From positions 53,446,001 through 53,510,000 of the forward strand of contig NW_024704743.1 of assembly GCF_018977255.1 (NCBI RefSeq): 64,000 nucleotides of DNA, in the 5' to 3' direction. The translations under genes were made by a program, and so were the position numbers. Source of the stretch: Callorhinchus milii. Taxonomy: Eukaryota. Shown here piece by piece: positions 47,701-58,196 of this stretch (its first letter is position 1; the number at the start of each line of letters is the position of its first letter). The notes beneath the pieces were generated by a model. It saw only the letters and a list, made by a program, of their open reading frames with translations. It did no database searches and was not told where the DNA came from.

Positions 47701-49381
47701 GGTGGGGGGTGCTGGCTGTGGGTGGGTGGGTGGGGTGCTGGCTGTGGGGTGGGTGGGGTGGGGGTGCTGGCTGTGGGGGGGTGGGGGGTGCTGGCTGTGG
47801 GGTGGGTGGGTGGGGTGCTGGCTGTGGGGTGGGGTGGGGGTGCTGGCTGTGGGGTGCTGGCTGTGGGGTGGGGTGGGGTGCTGGCTGTGGGGTGGGGTGG
47901 GGGTGCTGGCTGTGGGGTGGGGTGGGGGTGCTGGCTGTGGTGGTGGGGGTGCTGGCTGTGGGGGTGGTGGGGTGGTGGCTGGCTGTGGGTGGGTGGGGTG
48001 CTGGCTGTGGGGTGGGGTGGGTGTGGGTGCTGGCTGTGGGGTGGGGTGGGGGGTGCTGGCTGTGGGGTGGGGGTGGGGGGTGCTGGCTGTGGGGTGGGTG
48101 GGGGTGCTGGCTGTGGGTGGGGTGGGGGGTCTGGCTGGGGTGGGGGTGGGGGGGTGCTGGCTGGGGTGGGGTGGGGGTGCTGGCTGTGGGGTGGGGTGGG
48201 GTGCTGGCTGTGGGGTGGGGTGGGGTGCTGGCTGTGGGGTGGGGTGGGGGGTGCTGGCTGTGGGGTGGGGTGGGGGTGCTGGCTGTGGGGTGGGGTGGGG
48301 TGCTGGCTGTGGGGTGGGTGGGGGGTGCTGGCTGTGGGGTGGGGTGGGGGGTGCTGGCTGGGTGGGGGGGGGGTGCTGGCTGTGGGGTGGGGTGGGGGTG
48401 CTGGCTGTGGGGTGGGGTGGGGTGGGGGGTGCTGGCTGTGGGGTGGGGTGGGGGTGCTGGCTGTGGGTGGGGTGGGTGCTGGCTGTGGGTGGGGGGTGCT
48501 GGCTGTGGGGTGGGGTGGGGGTGCTGGCTGTGGGGTGGGGTGGGGGGTGCTGGCTGTGGGGTGGGGGTGGGGGTGCTGGCTGTGGGGTGGGGTGGGGGGT
48601 GCTGGCTGTGGGGTGGGGTGGGGGGTGCTGGCTGTGGGGTGGTGGGGTGGGGGGTGCTGGCTGTGGGGTGGGGGTGGGGGGGTGCTGGCTGTGGGGTGGG
48701 GTGGGGGGTGCTGGCTGGGGGGTGGGTGGGGGTGCTGGCTGTGGTGTGCTGGGTGCTGGCTGTGGGGTGGGTGGGGTGGGGGGTGCTGGCTGTGGGGTGG
48801 GGTGGGGGGGTGCTGGCTGTGGGGTGGGGTGGGGTGCTGGCTGTGGGTGGGTGGGGGGGTGCTGGCTGTGGGGTGGGTGGGGGTGCTGGCTGTGGGGTGG
48901 GGGTGGGTGGGGGTGCTGGCTGTGGGGTGGGGTGGGGGGTGCTGGCTGTGGTGGGGGTGGGGGTGCTGGCTGTGGGGTGGGGGTGGGGGGTGCTGGCTGT
49001 GGGGTGGGGTGGGGGGTGCTGGCTGTGGGGTGGGGTGGGGGGTGCTGGCTGTGGGTGGGGTGGGGGGTGCTGGCTGTGGGTGGGGGGTGCTGGCTGTGGG
49101 GTGGGGTGGGGGGTGCTGGCTGTGGGGTGGGGTGGGGGTGCTGGCTGTGGGGTGGGGTGGGGGGTGCTGGCTGTGGGTGGGGTGGGGGTGCTGGCTGTGG
49201 GGTGCTGGCTGTGTCGGGGTTGCTGATTGGGTGCTGTGTGTGTGTTACCTGCTGGGTGCTGGCTGTCTCTGGGGTGCTGGCTGTCTCGGGGTTGCTGATT
49301 GGCTGCCCCCCGCGGGTGCTGGTTCCAGCACTTGTCCCCGAAGTGGCAGCGGCCCTCGAGAAAGAAGCGACACACCGGCAT
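38188..49381 (-). CDS. NUP42: NUP42 (NUPL2/CG1) nucleoporin; complete 7-exon gene, 423 aa
   Basis: join(49249..49381,46082..46322,45203..45297,42685..42761,41044..41130,39882..39963,38188..38744) = 1272 nt, phases consistent. N-terminal CCCH zinc finger, WESSGQW and [10 protein letters not shown] motifs, FG repeats, C-terminal Gle1-binding motif [16 protein letters not shown]. Confidence 0.96.
39882..39963 (-). CDS. NUP42: NUP42 exon 6
   Basis: Hand translation gatcag|[28 protein letters not shown]|gtgagt. Confidence 0.92.
41044..41130 (-). CDS. NUP42: NUP42 exon 5
   Basis: Hand translation atgtag|[29 protein letters not shown]|gtaagc (87 nt, phase 0-0). Confidence 0.92.
42283..42334. repeat. 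13-bp tandem repeat GACTAACCGTGGT x4
   Basis: Four perfect copies in a CpG-rich patch of NUP42 intron 4. Confidence 0.95.
42685..42761 (-). CDS. NUP42: NUP42 exon 4
   Basis: ctctag|[26 protein letters not shown]|gtaaga. Confidence 0.95.
42810..44536 (+). mobile_element. 5'-truncated L2-clade LINE, relatively young, frameshifted ORF2 reverse transcriptase
   Basis: [60 protein letters not shown]; 3' end gggacgtcctcccgacatgaaaggtgctctataaatgcaatc(ttg)n. Confidence 0.95.
44690..45130 (-). mobile_element. degenerate L2 LINE fragment
   Basis: [30 protein letters not shown]. Confidence 0.8.
45203..45297 (-). CDS. NUP42: NUP42 exon 3
   Basis: ttacag|[32 protein letters not shown]|gtaaaa. Confidence 0.95.
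46082..46322 (-). CDS. NUP42: NUP42 exon 2
   Basis: tcacag|[12 protein letters not shown]...[13 protein letters not shown]...QNRFTTLS...ENV-L|gtaaga. Confidence 0.92.
46608..49213. repeat. G-rich minisatellite of about 2.6 kb, unit GTGCTGGCTGTGGGGTGGGG(G/T)n, in NUP42 intron 1
   Basis: Seen directly; roughly a hundred imperfect units, with A almost absent on the + strand. Confidence 0.97.
49249..49381 (-). CDS. NUP42: NUP42 exon 1 (CCCH zinc finger)
   Basis: [23 protein letters not shown] (C-x7-C-x5-C-x3-H); donor CAG|gtaaca, phase 1; other donor-like sites at 46586 and 46518. Confidence 0.88.
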
Positions 49382-49720
49382 CTCCGGGCAACCTGTGTGA
49401 CGTCACCGTCGCCGCGCCCGCTGCCCACAGGCCGGGGCGGCGCCGGGGCCCCGCCGGCTCAGGGCCCCGGATCGTGCATTAACAAACGCGGTCGGAGCCG
49501 CGCGGGCTCGTGGCTGGGAAACTTGTCGCCAGTTTGGCTCGGTGAAGCCCACGTTGATCGAGCGCTAAACCCGGCTGTTGCAGCCAGCTCCCAACTTGTT
49601 AATATTCCTTATTTTTTTAAAAAATATATCGATCTAATAAAAGGGAATCCGGACCTTGGCGCGTGATGATGACATCACGGCGAGCGGGGCCAGCGCCCCT
49701 AGTGGTGAACCTGTGAAGCT
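49300..49720 (-). promoter_or_regulatory. CpG island / promoter of NUP42 with CRE palindrome
   Basis: CpG-rich; TGACGTCA at 49398-49405, GGGGCGG box near 49434, TGACATCA near 49670. Confidence 0.7.
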
Positions 49721-49980
49721 TGTCATTGTTGAGGAAGAGAGAGGAGGGGGGAAGAGGATACCCACAAATAATATTATAATCCTTGCATTTGATTATAGCG
49801 TCTTATCATGTCTTCGAGACGTCTCAAAGCGCTTCACACAATATCAGATGAGAAACTCACAAGCCAGAGTTTTGTAACAATCACACAGGGAGGTGATGAA
49901 GTGGGTGCTGGAACGGCAGCCACCAGGTATCGGTGCTTGCATCAAAAGCAACGCACTGGGCTCTGCAACGCATGCATTGT

Positions 49981-50333
49981 GGAGTCCTGCAGCTCTGTGT
50001 CTAGAGCATTCACCTTTCAAGCGAGAGACCTGGGTTCGATTCCCGGGCAGGACGAAACGTTGGGCAAGTTTCCTTACTCCAAGCGCCTCTGTTTACCTAG
50101 CAGTAAGCAGGAACGCATTTTCAGATCATGCTTTTTCGGTGGTAATAATCCCTTCAAAAAAATAATTTGATCACTCAATTCACGAATGTTTGTGGGATAC
50201 TGCTGTGTGCAACTGGCTGCTGTGCTTCACCCACAAAATATACAGTAAATACACTTTACAGTATATTCTGTGAAGCGCTTTGAGACATCTCAAAGACATG
50301 ATAAGGTGCTTTATTAAATCCAAGGATGATTAT
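49981..50333 (+). mobile_element. SINE (long form)
   Basis: ggagtcctgcagctc...gggttcgattccc head, core and tail. Confidence 0.85.
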
Positions 50334-51514
50334 ATTGTTATACTATACTGCAACTTTTCCCCCTCTGTACCGAATCCAAGCGCTCCGGGACACTATCCTG
50401 CGTAATAGGCACCATACAAATGCAAGTTGTTGTTCTACACTGTAAAGTGAGATGTGTGGATATTTGCAAATAAGGCAATTGATTTTTTTGTTAAATACTG
50501 AAAGTTTAGGCAAGGTGCCATTGGAAGCATTGGATCAACTGCATACATGAGGGTTTTGGAAAAGGCATTAGGGAATTTGGAGGAGATTGAGACAACAACA
50601 AAATGCATTTATACAAGGCCTTTCACATTGGGAGGACATCCAAGGCATTGGAAGTGTTTGCACCCAAGATAGGGATTCTGGGGATTGCATTCAGGAGGGG
50701 TAGGGGCTAAGGGGGGGGTGGGGTCTAAGGGGGGGGAGGGAGGGGGGAGGAGTAAAGATGATTGAAGTTGCAGTCAAAGAGGAAGATTAAGACCATCCTT
50801 GAAGGTGAGGGAAGGTGCAAGGCAAAGTGACTCTGGGATGGAGTAGGCTTGAAGTTCCGACCGCAATGGTAGAGCGGGCAAGGTGGAGGGAACATGAAGC
50901 AGGCTGGTGGGGTATGCAAGCAGGTGCCAGGGCGAGGGAATTAGGGTTCAGTTGAAACTCATGTGGGTTCTATTTGTTATAGTCTACAGACTAGTTGGGC
51001 TGAATGAATGTTATAATGCTGTACAATTCTATGAACTGTAATAATGAATTCAGAATTGCTATGCAATTCTCGAGGTTGTTTTTCAGGAAAGAGATACAGT
51101 AACTCCAGTCATAGTTGACAAACAAGCAATTGACTTTAAACTGCACAACCCAAAAAAATTCACAGTAACTAGGTGCTGAAGCAACTGAGCCCTTAGGACA
51201 TCAATAACCAAAGCAGCCTCCCTCCAGATATAACATGGTCGCCTACAACCGAAGCCGGCCTGCCTGCCTGCTCTTCAATCAGGCTGAGTGTGCAGGTCAT
51301 CTGTGTTACCATTAACCTACAGACTGCAGGAAAGTCTATGAAAACTCCTATCTCTCTGAGGCCATTTGTCTTGTACCATTATCAGTCCTAACAATGGTGG
51401 TCCCTTTCCTTGGGCAATTTTCATTACTCCACACACTTGATAATAATCCATCAAGAAAAAAACAATAATTAATCAGTCACTCAATCCACAACTGTTTGTG
51501 GGACACTGCTGTAC

Positions 51515-52351
51515 TGCGACGGTTCTCACTCCTTGTTGTACTTGTGAGTTTTAGTAATGCTTACGTACTAAGTGGCCTCTGCTCTTTTCTATCCCTGTCA
51601 GTGGGAGTCCCTGCTCAAAGGTGTCTCAACCAAGTCAAAGTCAAGTCACTCACAGGTATTCCTGGTTAACTGCAATGCCCGGTAATTGGGATGTCGAATC
51701 AGGATCTGTCCGCACTACCAGAACTCAGATGTCGACAGCTGCTCTTTAAAGTGATTTACTCCTATTCTTGTCTTAGACATTTACCGAGAAGACAACCGGT
51801 CAACACAACAGCTCTTTATTACGACCCAGTAACCCTGGCCTCGGCCACCCTGCAGATAAGAAACACAACAATGGGATCAAATTCAACTGCCTCATACAAC
51901 TAGCAGCACAACATTACATTAGTATAAGGTAATGAAACCAACCTGACTGGCACAGACAGCAGTGCTGCACAGCTCAGCCCTAACACACTGACCACCACGA
52001 GGCAGCCCGAACATTGCCTTTTATAGGCATGTGGCTCCGCCCACCGTATGACGCGATACGTGTGGCTCCGCCCACCACGTGTCACGCATTCGAGGGCTTT
52101 TTCCCCCGCGCGAGCGTCCACGTGACTTTCCAGGCCGTTTGCCTGTCAATCAAACCCACCTCCAGCCCAGGTGTTGGGGCTATTGGGGCGTCTCCTGTTC
52201 TGCAAACAGCTTTTGCAACTAAACCGTTTGCAAGGCTTTTCCTCAACCAAAATCTAATTAAAGGGCCAGGCTTAAACCATATTATATATCAATAATATAT
52301 ATATGTTGTTTACATTTTACTGAGAGTTACAAGAACAGGGTAACCGTGACA
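51515..52351 (-). mobile_element. solo LTR (837 bp) inserted in a SINE
   Basis: TG...CA termini with inverted ends (tgcgacggtt / aaccgtgaca); decayed 4-bp TSD (gtac/atgc from SINE gtgc); minus-strand TATAAAA 52019-52025 and AATAAA 51815-51820. Confidence 0.8.
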
Positions 52352-52439
52352 ATGCGCTGTTGGCTACCGGGTTTCACCCACAAATATACAGTCAATTCAC
52401 TTTATAGCTTATTCTGTGAAGCACTTTGAAAGCACTTTG

Positions 52440-53220
52440 AAAGTTACATTTGTATAGCGTCTTTCATATCGGGAGGTCACCCCAAGGTGTTGGACAGTCA
52501 GTGTTTTGGACGCGAGCTGGGGATCGGGATCAGGGAGGGTGGAGGGCAGGGGGGGTAAGGAGGGTTGATCGAAGGTCAAAGAGGAGGGTCTTGAGATGGG
52601 TCTTGATGCGGGGGACATGAAGCAGGCCGGAGCCCACTGAGCGGAGCGAGGGCATGAAGGGCTTTGAAGCTGAGGACCAAGATCTTGAACTGTATCCTCT
52701 GTGTGATGGGAAGCCAGTGGAGTCGGGCGAGGATGGGAGTGATAGGGTCATGGAGCCTGGTGTGGGAGAGGATACGGGCTGCTGGATGATCTGCAGCCTA
52801 TGGAAAGAGGAGTTGGGGGGGGCCGACAAACAGGGAGTTTGCATAGTCAAGCCTCGATGTTATGAGAGTCTCGGAGGCCTGCAGAGTGAAACAATGATGG
52901 AGCTGGGCGATGTTGTGGAGGTGGGGGAAGGCAGAGTGGGTCATGTGGAGTAGAAAGGAGAATTGAGAAACTGCTAGTTGAAGTGGATTCATAACCTATC
53001 AAGTCTCAGAGTTGAAAGCATTGGCAGAAGTAGGTTGGGGCAAAACCATGGAAGGTGAGAATGAGGATCTTGAAACCAATCCTCGAGGGGATGAGAACCA
53101 ATGGAGCTGAGCAAGGACAGGGGTGAGTCTTGTGGAGCCAGGTGCAGGGGAGTTTGCATCCTGTGTACAAAAGAGCTGGGGAGTATGGTGAGCAGGGCAT
53201 TAGGGTCATAGGTGGCAAGT
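52440..53220 (-). mobile_element. two adjacent degenerate L2 fragments
   Basis: ETLITSRLDYANSL; RIGFKILILTFHG; L2 tail at ~52445-52495. Confidence 0.82.
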
Positions 53221-53984
53221 AGTGAGGGCCAAGAGAGCTCAGACCAACAATCCAACTTTTCTCCAGTTTTGGCTAAAGGGATGTTGTGGCTGGAGAGGGG
53301 GCGCTGCTCTGTGAGGTGTGTAACAGGATGTAAAGTAGTGCGAGTGTAGTCATCAGTGAGCTGAGTGAGCGGGAGTTGGATCTCATGATGGGACATACAC
53401 ACACACAAATAATCTCATACACACTTCGCAGTCTTCCGCAAAATGCAGTCAGGGTGTATGAGTAGAACATTGCTCAACTTAGCCACCCGAAAGAATATTT
53501 TTTTTTTACCAGCACCCATAGTTGACATAGATTTGAGCAAACCGACCAAGTTGAGATGCCCCCATGGATAGAATAGCCTACTCATCCTCAGAGTGGCCAG
53601 ATCTAGGTGATAGGCATGTATGAAAACAGAACCCACAATAAAATGGAGAGGGAAAAGCTCTGGTTCCAGTCTCTTCTGCACTTAATCACCGTGTTTGGAA
53701 GGTGTCAGTAAATCCCTATTCTGATGAGCTGTCAACTGCAGCTGTTGCAAGAAGTCCTAAGCCAGGTGCTTCTGTCCAAGTAGAGGGGTAGTGAATATGA
53801 GTGAAGGAAGAGGAAATCAAATGTCACTCTGTTCACTCCCTAGCTGTTGTTTCCAAAGATGGTAGGTTACATACTTAAATGTAGATAGTTTGTATTGTGG
53901 GAAGATCAGGGAGATAATAAAAATAACTTTTTCAAAAACAAAAAGTTATTTGTCAATTATTAATAGTATTAATTCCGGTTTATA

Positions 53985-54290
53985 TAATAAACCTTGCATT
54001 TGATGAAGTCTTATGTCATCAAGACATCTCAAAGCACTTCACAGCATATATTGTAAAGTGGTGTGACTGTGTGTATTTTGTGGGTGAACATTGCAGCCAA
54101 TATGCGCGCAGCAATGTCCCACAAACAGTCATGGAGTGAGTACCCAATTTTATTTAGGGGGTTGTTGGCTAGACATGGGGAGAAACTCCCTTCTCTTTTC
54201 ATGGGATCTTTAACATCCACCTGGTCAAGCAGACAGGACCTCAGTTTAACATCTCATCTGAAGGATGGCACCTCTGACAATGCATTACAG
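53985..54290 (-). mobile_element. older Deu-SINE (AmnSINE1/SacSINE1-like); similar copies at ~22130-22505, ~27565-27945, ~40400-40560 and ~63640-64000
   Basis: cctcagtttaacatctcatctgaaggatggcacctctgacaatgc resembles the recalled Deu-domain consensus. Confidence 0.65.
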
Positions 54291-54337
54291 TAACATCTTT
54301 CCAAATTTATTATATTTTTTAGTGGCACAGTCTCAAC

Positions 54338-55107
54338 TAATGTTGGCCAACCAGCGGCGCGCATGCCACATGGTGGCAAGGCATGCTCTTGGTACTGGCA
54401 CGTGAGGGGCAGCAGCGAAGGGCAGCAGTGAGGGGCAACAGAAAGGGAGAGCATCATCAATTTCGTTATCATCAATTAAAAAAATCAGAATCTGATTTCT
54501 TCACTAATTAATTCCTTTGAAGCCCATTTTCAAGATTTTAAAGAAGACAATATAGCACTTTGCGCCAACCCTTATTCTCTTTTGGACACTGAGGTTGGAC
54601 ATTATCCACCAGAAATGCAGTTGGAAATTTTGAAACTTACAAATCATTCAGGCCTACATAGCAAATTCAAAGAAATGTGTGCTTCTCCAGTAAGCCAGGA
54701 CTTGAAGTTGTTTTGGAAATTCGTCCTAAGAGTGATTTTCCTAAATTGCATGGCCATGCTCTTCAACATATGTGCAGATTCAGATCAACCTACACCTGTG
54801 AGCAGTCCTTTTCCACTATGAACTTCATAAAAAATACCGTTCCAAACTAACAGATGATCACCTTAATAGTTTTTTTCTACTGGTGTGCTCAATACTGAAT
54901 CCAAATATTGAAGATATCATGAACAAAAAACAAATTCAGAAGCCTGATTAAGTAACTTGTTTGATATTTTATTGTGAATTTCTTAATAAATGCATCTTTC
55001 TTTTCCAGTAATATTATCTTTCCAAATTTATTATATTTTTTAGTGGCACAGCGATATGTCTTGAGCTCACACAGTGGTACACCTTAGCAAAAGGTTGGTC
55101 ATCACTA
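54338..55107 (+). mobile_element. internally deleted hAT (Charlie/SPIN-like) DNA transposon
   Basis: Imperfect TIRs (taatgttggccaacc / ggttggtcatcacta); flanking 8-mers gtctcaac and gtctagac; relic of the hAT dimerisation domain FRSTYTCEQSFSTMNFIKN/RSKLTDDHL at ~54779-54870. Confidence 0.85.
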
Positions 55108-56896
55108 GTCTAGACTACATGGGTTCCAAGTCCCAATGTGGGGCTTGAACCCACAACCCTTTGATTCAATGAGGCAATAGTGCTAACCAACTGAGCCAGG
55201 CTGACACACAAGGTTTATATTACAGAAGCCATTTCTGTATTTAAAAGGAAAATATCCCAGACAACACACAACTGTGGTTTAATTTTAAAAATAAAAGCAA
55301 ACTTTATTAAGACAGTTGAATTATATAATTGACAAAATGGAATAAAATAGTGCAAAATCATTTCCATTCAGGTACACTGCACCTCAATAAGATCATTTTA
55401 GCAAAGAGAAACAGCTTGCACATAATAGCAATTTATTGACAAGAAATTGGGAAAGAGCAGAATCCATACAATAAGTTTCCTCTGAAATGGAGTAAGGCTG
55501 CATTGCAAACATTATCAATTTTGAAGAACTGATCAGACAGTTCCAGTAAACACAATCCATTCAGATCAGTTCTTTATGACCTGGATACTGTAAATGAAAT
55601 AATGTTCACATGTTCAAAAGCTTTTCTCTTGAAGCATCTCTAGTTTTGGAGCAACAGGTTCCCAATTTCAAACATTAAATTTTGTAGGATAAAAGTTAGG
55701 CACAAATATCTTACAGCATTATTATTAAGCTAGGTGTAGTGTACACTCAATACTCTCCACTTGGGAAGTTACCAATCACAGTCGCGTTGTTAGGAAAGGA
55801 GAGGAAATCACATGGAGGCAAGATGCTTCAGATATATAAATCAGATGTAATCACCTATGATCCACCCCCTAGGGCTAGATTCAGAGAGATCTGGGAGTAG
55901 ATGGCTCTCTCACTGCCTTGGCTGCAAATAATGCATGACATGAAAGTGCACAGAAGAATCTAAAATTGAGATGTGCGTTCCCCACAACCAAAAAAAATCT
56001 TAATTGAAAAGGGAATTTGTGCTTCCTTTAGACCATAGTCTGCCAGCAGTCCTGCCGATAATGTAGAAGTAGCTGGTTAACCTTGAAATGAATGTGACTG
56101 AACATGTTTGGTTGCTGGACCCTTCTTCCGCAATGCTTATAATACAAAAGTTTCAATAGTAAAAGAGGCACAACATTTAATAGTGTAAATGAACAGGATT
56201 TTAACAGTCAATTCTAATCTCATTTCTTGAGGTTATCACGTGGTAAAACATTTAATGCGTTAGGCATTTCTCCATTTAACAGGTTGGTTTCAAACACAAT
56301 CTCATGTTGTTCTTAAATAATAACTTATTTCAACTTAAATGGAGATTAGCAACATAAATCTTTAATACTGAACTGTTAATTGGATGGGGTTCTAATACAG
56401 GATCCACGCAACGCACACAATCTCTTTAGTTTAAAGAATAACTAAATACAGTACTGGTTTCAAGTGCTGTATAAATCCTATCCAATTGGATTCCAACAGG
56501 TTTTCACTTTATGCCATGCTAATAATACTTGATTATTTACCCCACAAACATTTTTGCAAAAAGTAAACAGTGGGAGATTAGCTGCAACTTGTCTAATGAA
56601 AAATATTAATTAGCTCAGATCTCTGTTATAGATACAAATAGCATCAGACACAGGGTCTGATCACTAAAATTAAAATTCATACTCTTACTGTAGACTTGTG
56701 ACCCTCTGAATATCAGCAAAGTAGAACTGCATAAGCCAGACAAGACTTGTGGGGTTGGGTAAAGTCTCTCAAAAAAATTGAAGGAAGGGGCAGAAAAAAC
56801 AAAAGTCATCAAAATCAATCGATTTAATAGAATGAATGTTTCATCAGAACTTACCTGCTGGCACAATGATGAGTTTACAGTAATGAGGTCTCATAT

Positions 56897-57268
56897 GGAG
56901 TCCTGTAGCTCAGTGGTTAGAGCACTTGCCTCGCATGCGAGAGACCTGGGTTTGATTCCCAGCAGATCAAAATGTTGGGCAAGTTTCCTTACTTCACACG
57001 GCTCTGTTTACCTAGCAGTAAGTAGGAACCCGGTTGTTAGTCGATTGGCAGATCGCTTTTCCGGGGGAAATAATTCCTTCAAAAAAAATTAATAAATTGG
57101 TCACTTCAATCCACGACTGTTTGTGGGACACTGCTGTGCATAATTGGCTGCCGCGTTTCACCCACTAAATATACAATCAATTCACTTTATAGTATATTCT
57201 GTGAAGCGCTTTGAGACATCTCAAAGACGTAATAAGGCGCTATATCAAATGCAAGGATTATTATTATA
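56897..57268 (+). mobile_element. full-length SINE (long form)
   Basis: Complete head, insert, core, tail and (ATT)n. Confidence 0.9.
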
Positions 57269-57299
57269 ACTGTGTTGCTATCAACCTCAGGCAGGTCAT

Positions 57300-57950
57300 A
57301 TAAAAACATAAGAAATGCTAGGCGAAAAAGACCAAGGTCCATCTAGTTTGCCTTCCATCTTCCTGGCAGTCGCGTGCACACATGTCCCGAACTACCTATG
57401 TACTATATCCCATAATGTTATTTCCTAAAAGAAAACTATCTAATCTGTGTTTGAAAGAATCAACATTTTTTGTTTCAACCGTCTGTTCCACAGGTTCACT
57501 ATTTGCTCACTGAAATAGTGTTTGCGTAGATTTGTTCCGAATTTACCCCCCTTCAATTGCAGGCCGTGCCTTCTGGTTTTACTAATCTGGACAAGTTGAA
57601 ACAGCCTGTCATGATCTATATTGTCTTGCCACTTTAGAATCTTAAAGACAGCAATTATGTCACCTCTCAATCTCTTTTCGAGCATGAACATGCCCAATTT
57701 ACTTAGTCGTTCCTTTACTTAGTCCATTCCCTCAACCATTTTGGTTGCACTCCTTTGTATCTTCACGATTTCTCCAATATCCTTTTTGTACTGTGGCGAC
57801 CAGAACTGTACACAGTACTCTAAGTATGGCCTCACCAATGATTTATACAGTGGCAGGATTACCCCACTATTTTGGCTTGCTATTGATCTTTTGATAAATC
57901 CCAACATCTGGTTTGTTTTACTCACTGACAGAGCATTGTTGGGAGAGCTT
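57300..57950 (-). mobile_element. CR1 LINE 3' fragment
   Basis: NQMLGFIKRSI, ILPLYKSLVRPYLEYCVQFWSPQYKKDI, LEKRLRGDIIAVFKILK, RKHYFSEQIVNLWN. Confidence 0.92.
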
Positions 57951-58145
57951 CAATTTATTGTCAAATTAACAGAAATTTAAAAAAATGTTTTTAAAAATAG
58001 TTAAGAGGATGTTGCATTTTCCCTTCTCAGTTTGTTCACTTTTACTTTAGCATCAAAGCAGCAACAACAACTTGGACTTATATAGCGCACTCCACGCAGG
58101 GTAGGGTCTCAGTGCGCTTGTTGAAGGAACATAGTGTGCTCAATT

Positions 58146-58146
<1 letters not shown>

Positions 58147-58191
<45 letters not shown>

Positions 58192-58196
58192 GTGTG
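58147..58196. repeat. compound microsatellite (CT)n(TA)n(TG)n
   Basis: Seen directly. Confidence 0.9.

Noticed and set aside
46608..49213. Immunoglobulin switch-region-like or telomeric repeat
   Set aside because: It has TGGGG and TGCT motifs but no AGCT or TTAGGG units and no Ig exons nearby; sharing of the unit with NUP42 exon 1 explains it better.
46380..49666. Three 925-1064 aa Gly/Trp/Val/Cys ORFs on the + strand
   Set aside because: Translations of the G-rich satellite; the strand nearly lacks A so stop codons cannot form, and all frames are open.
49691..49707. CTCF-like CCACTAGGGGCGC upstream of NUP42
   Set aside because: One base shorter than the canonical core spacing; too weak to call.
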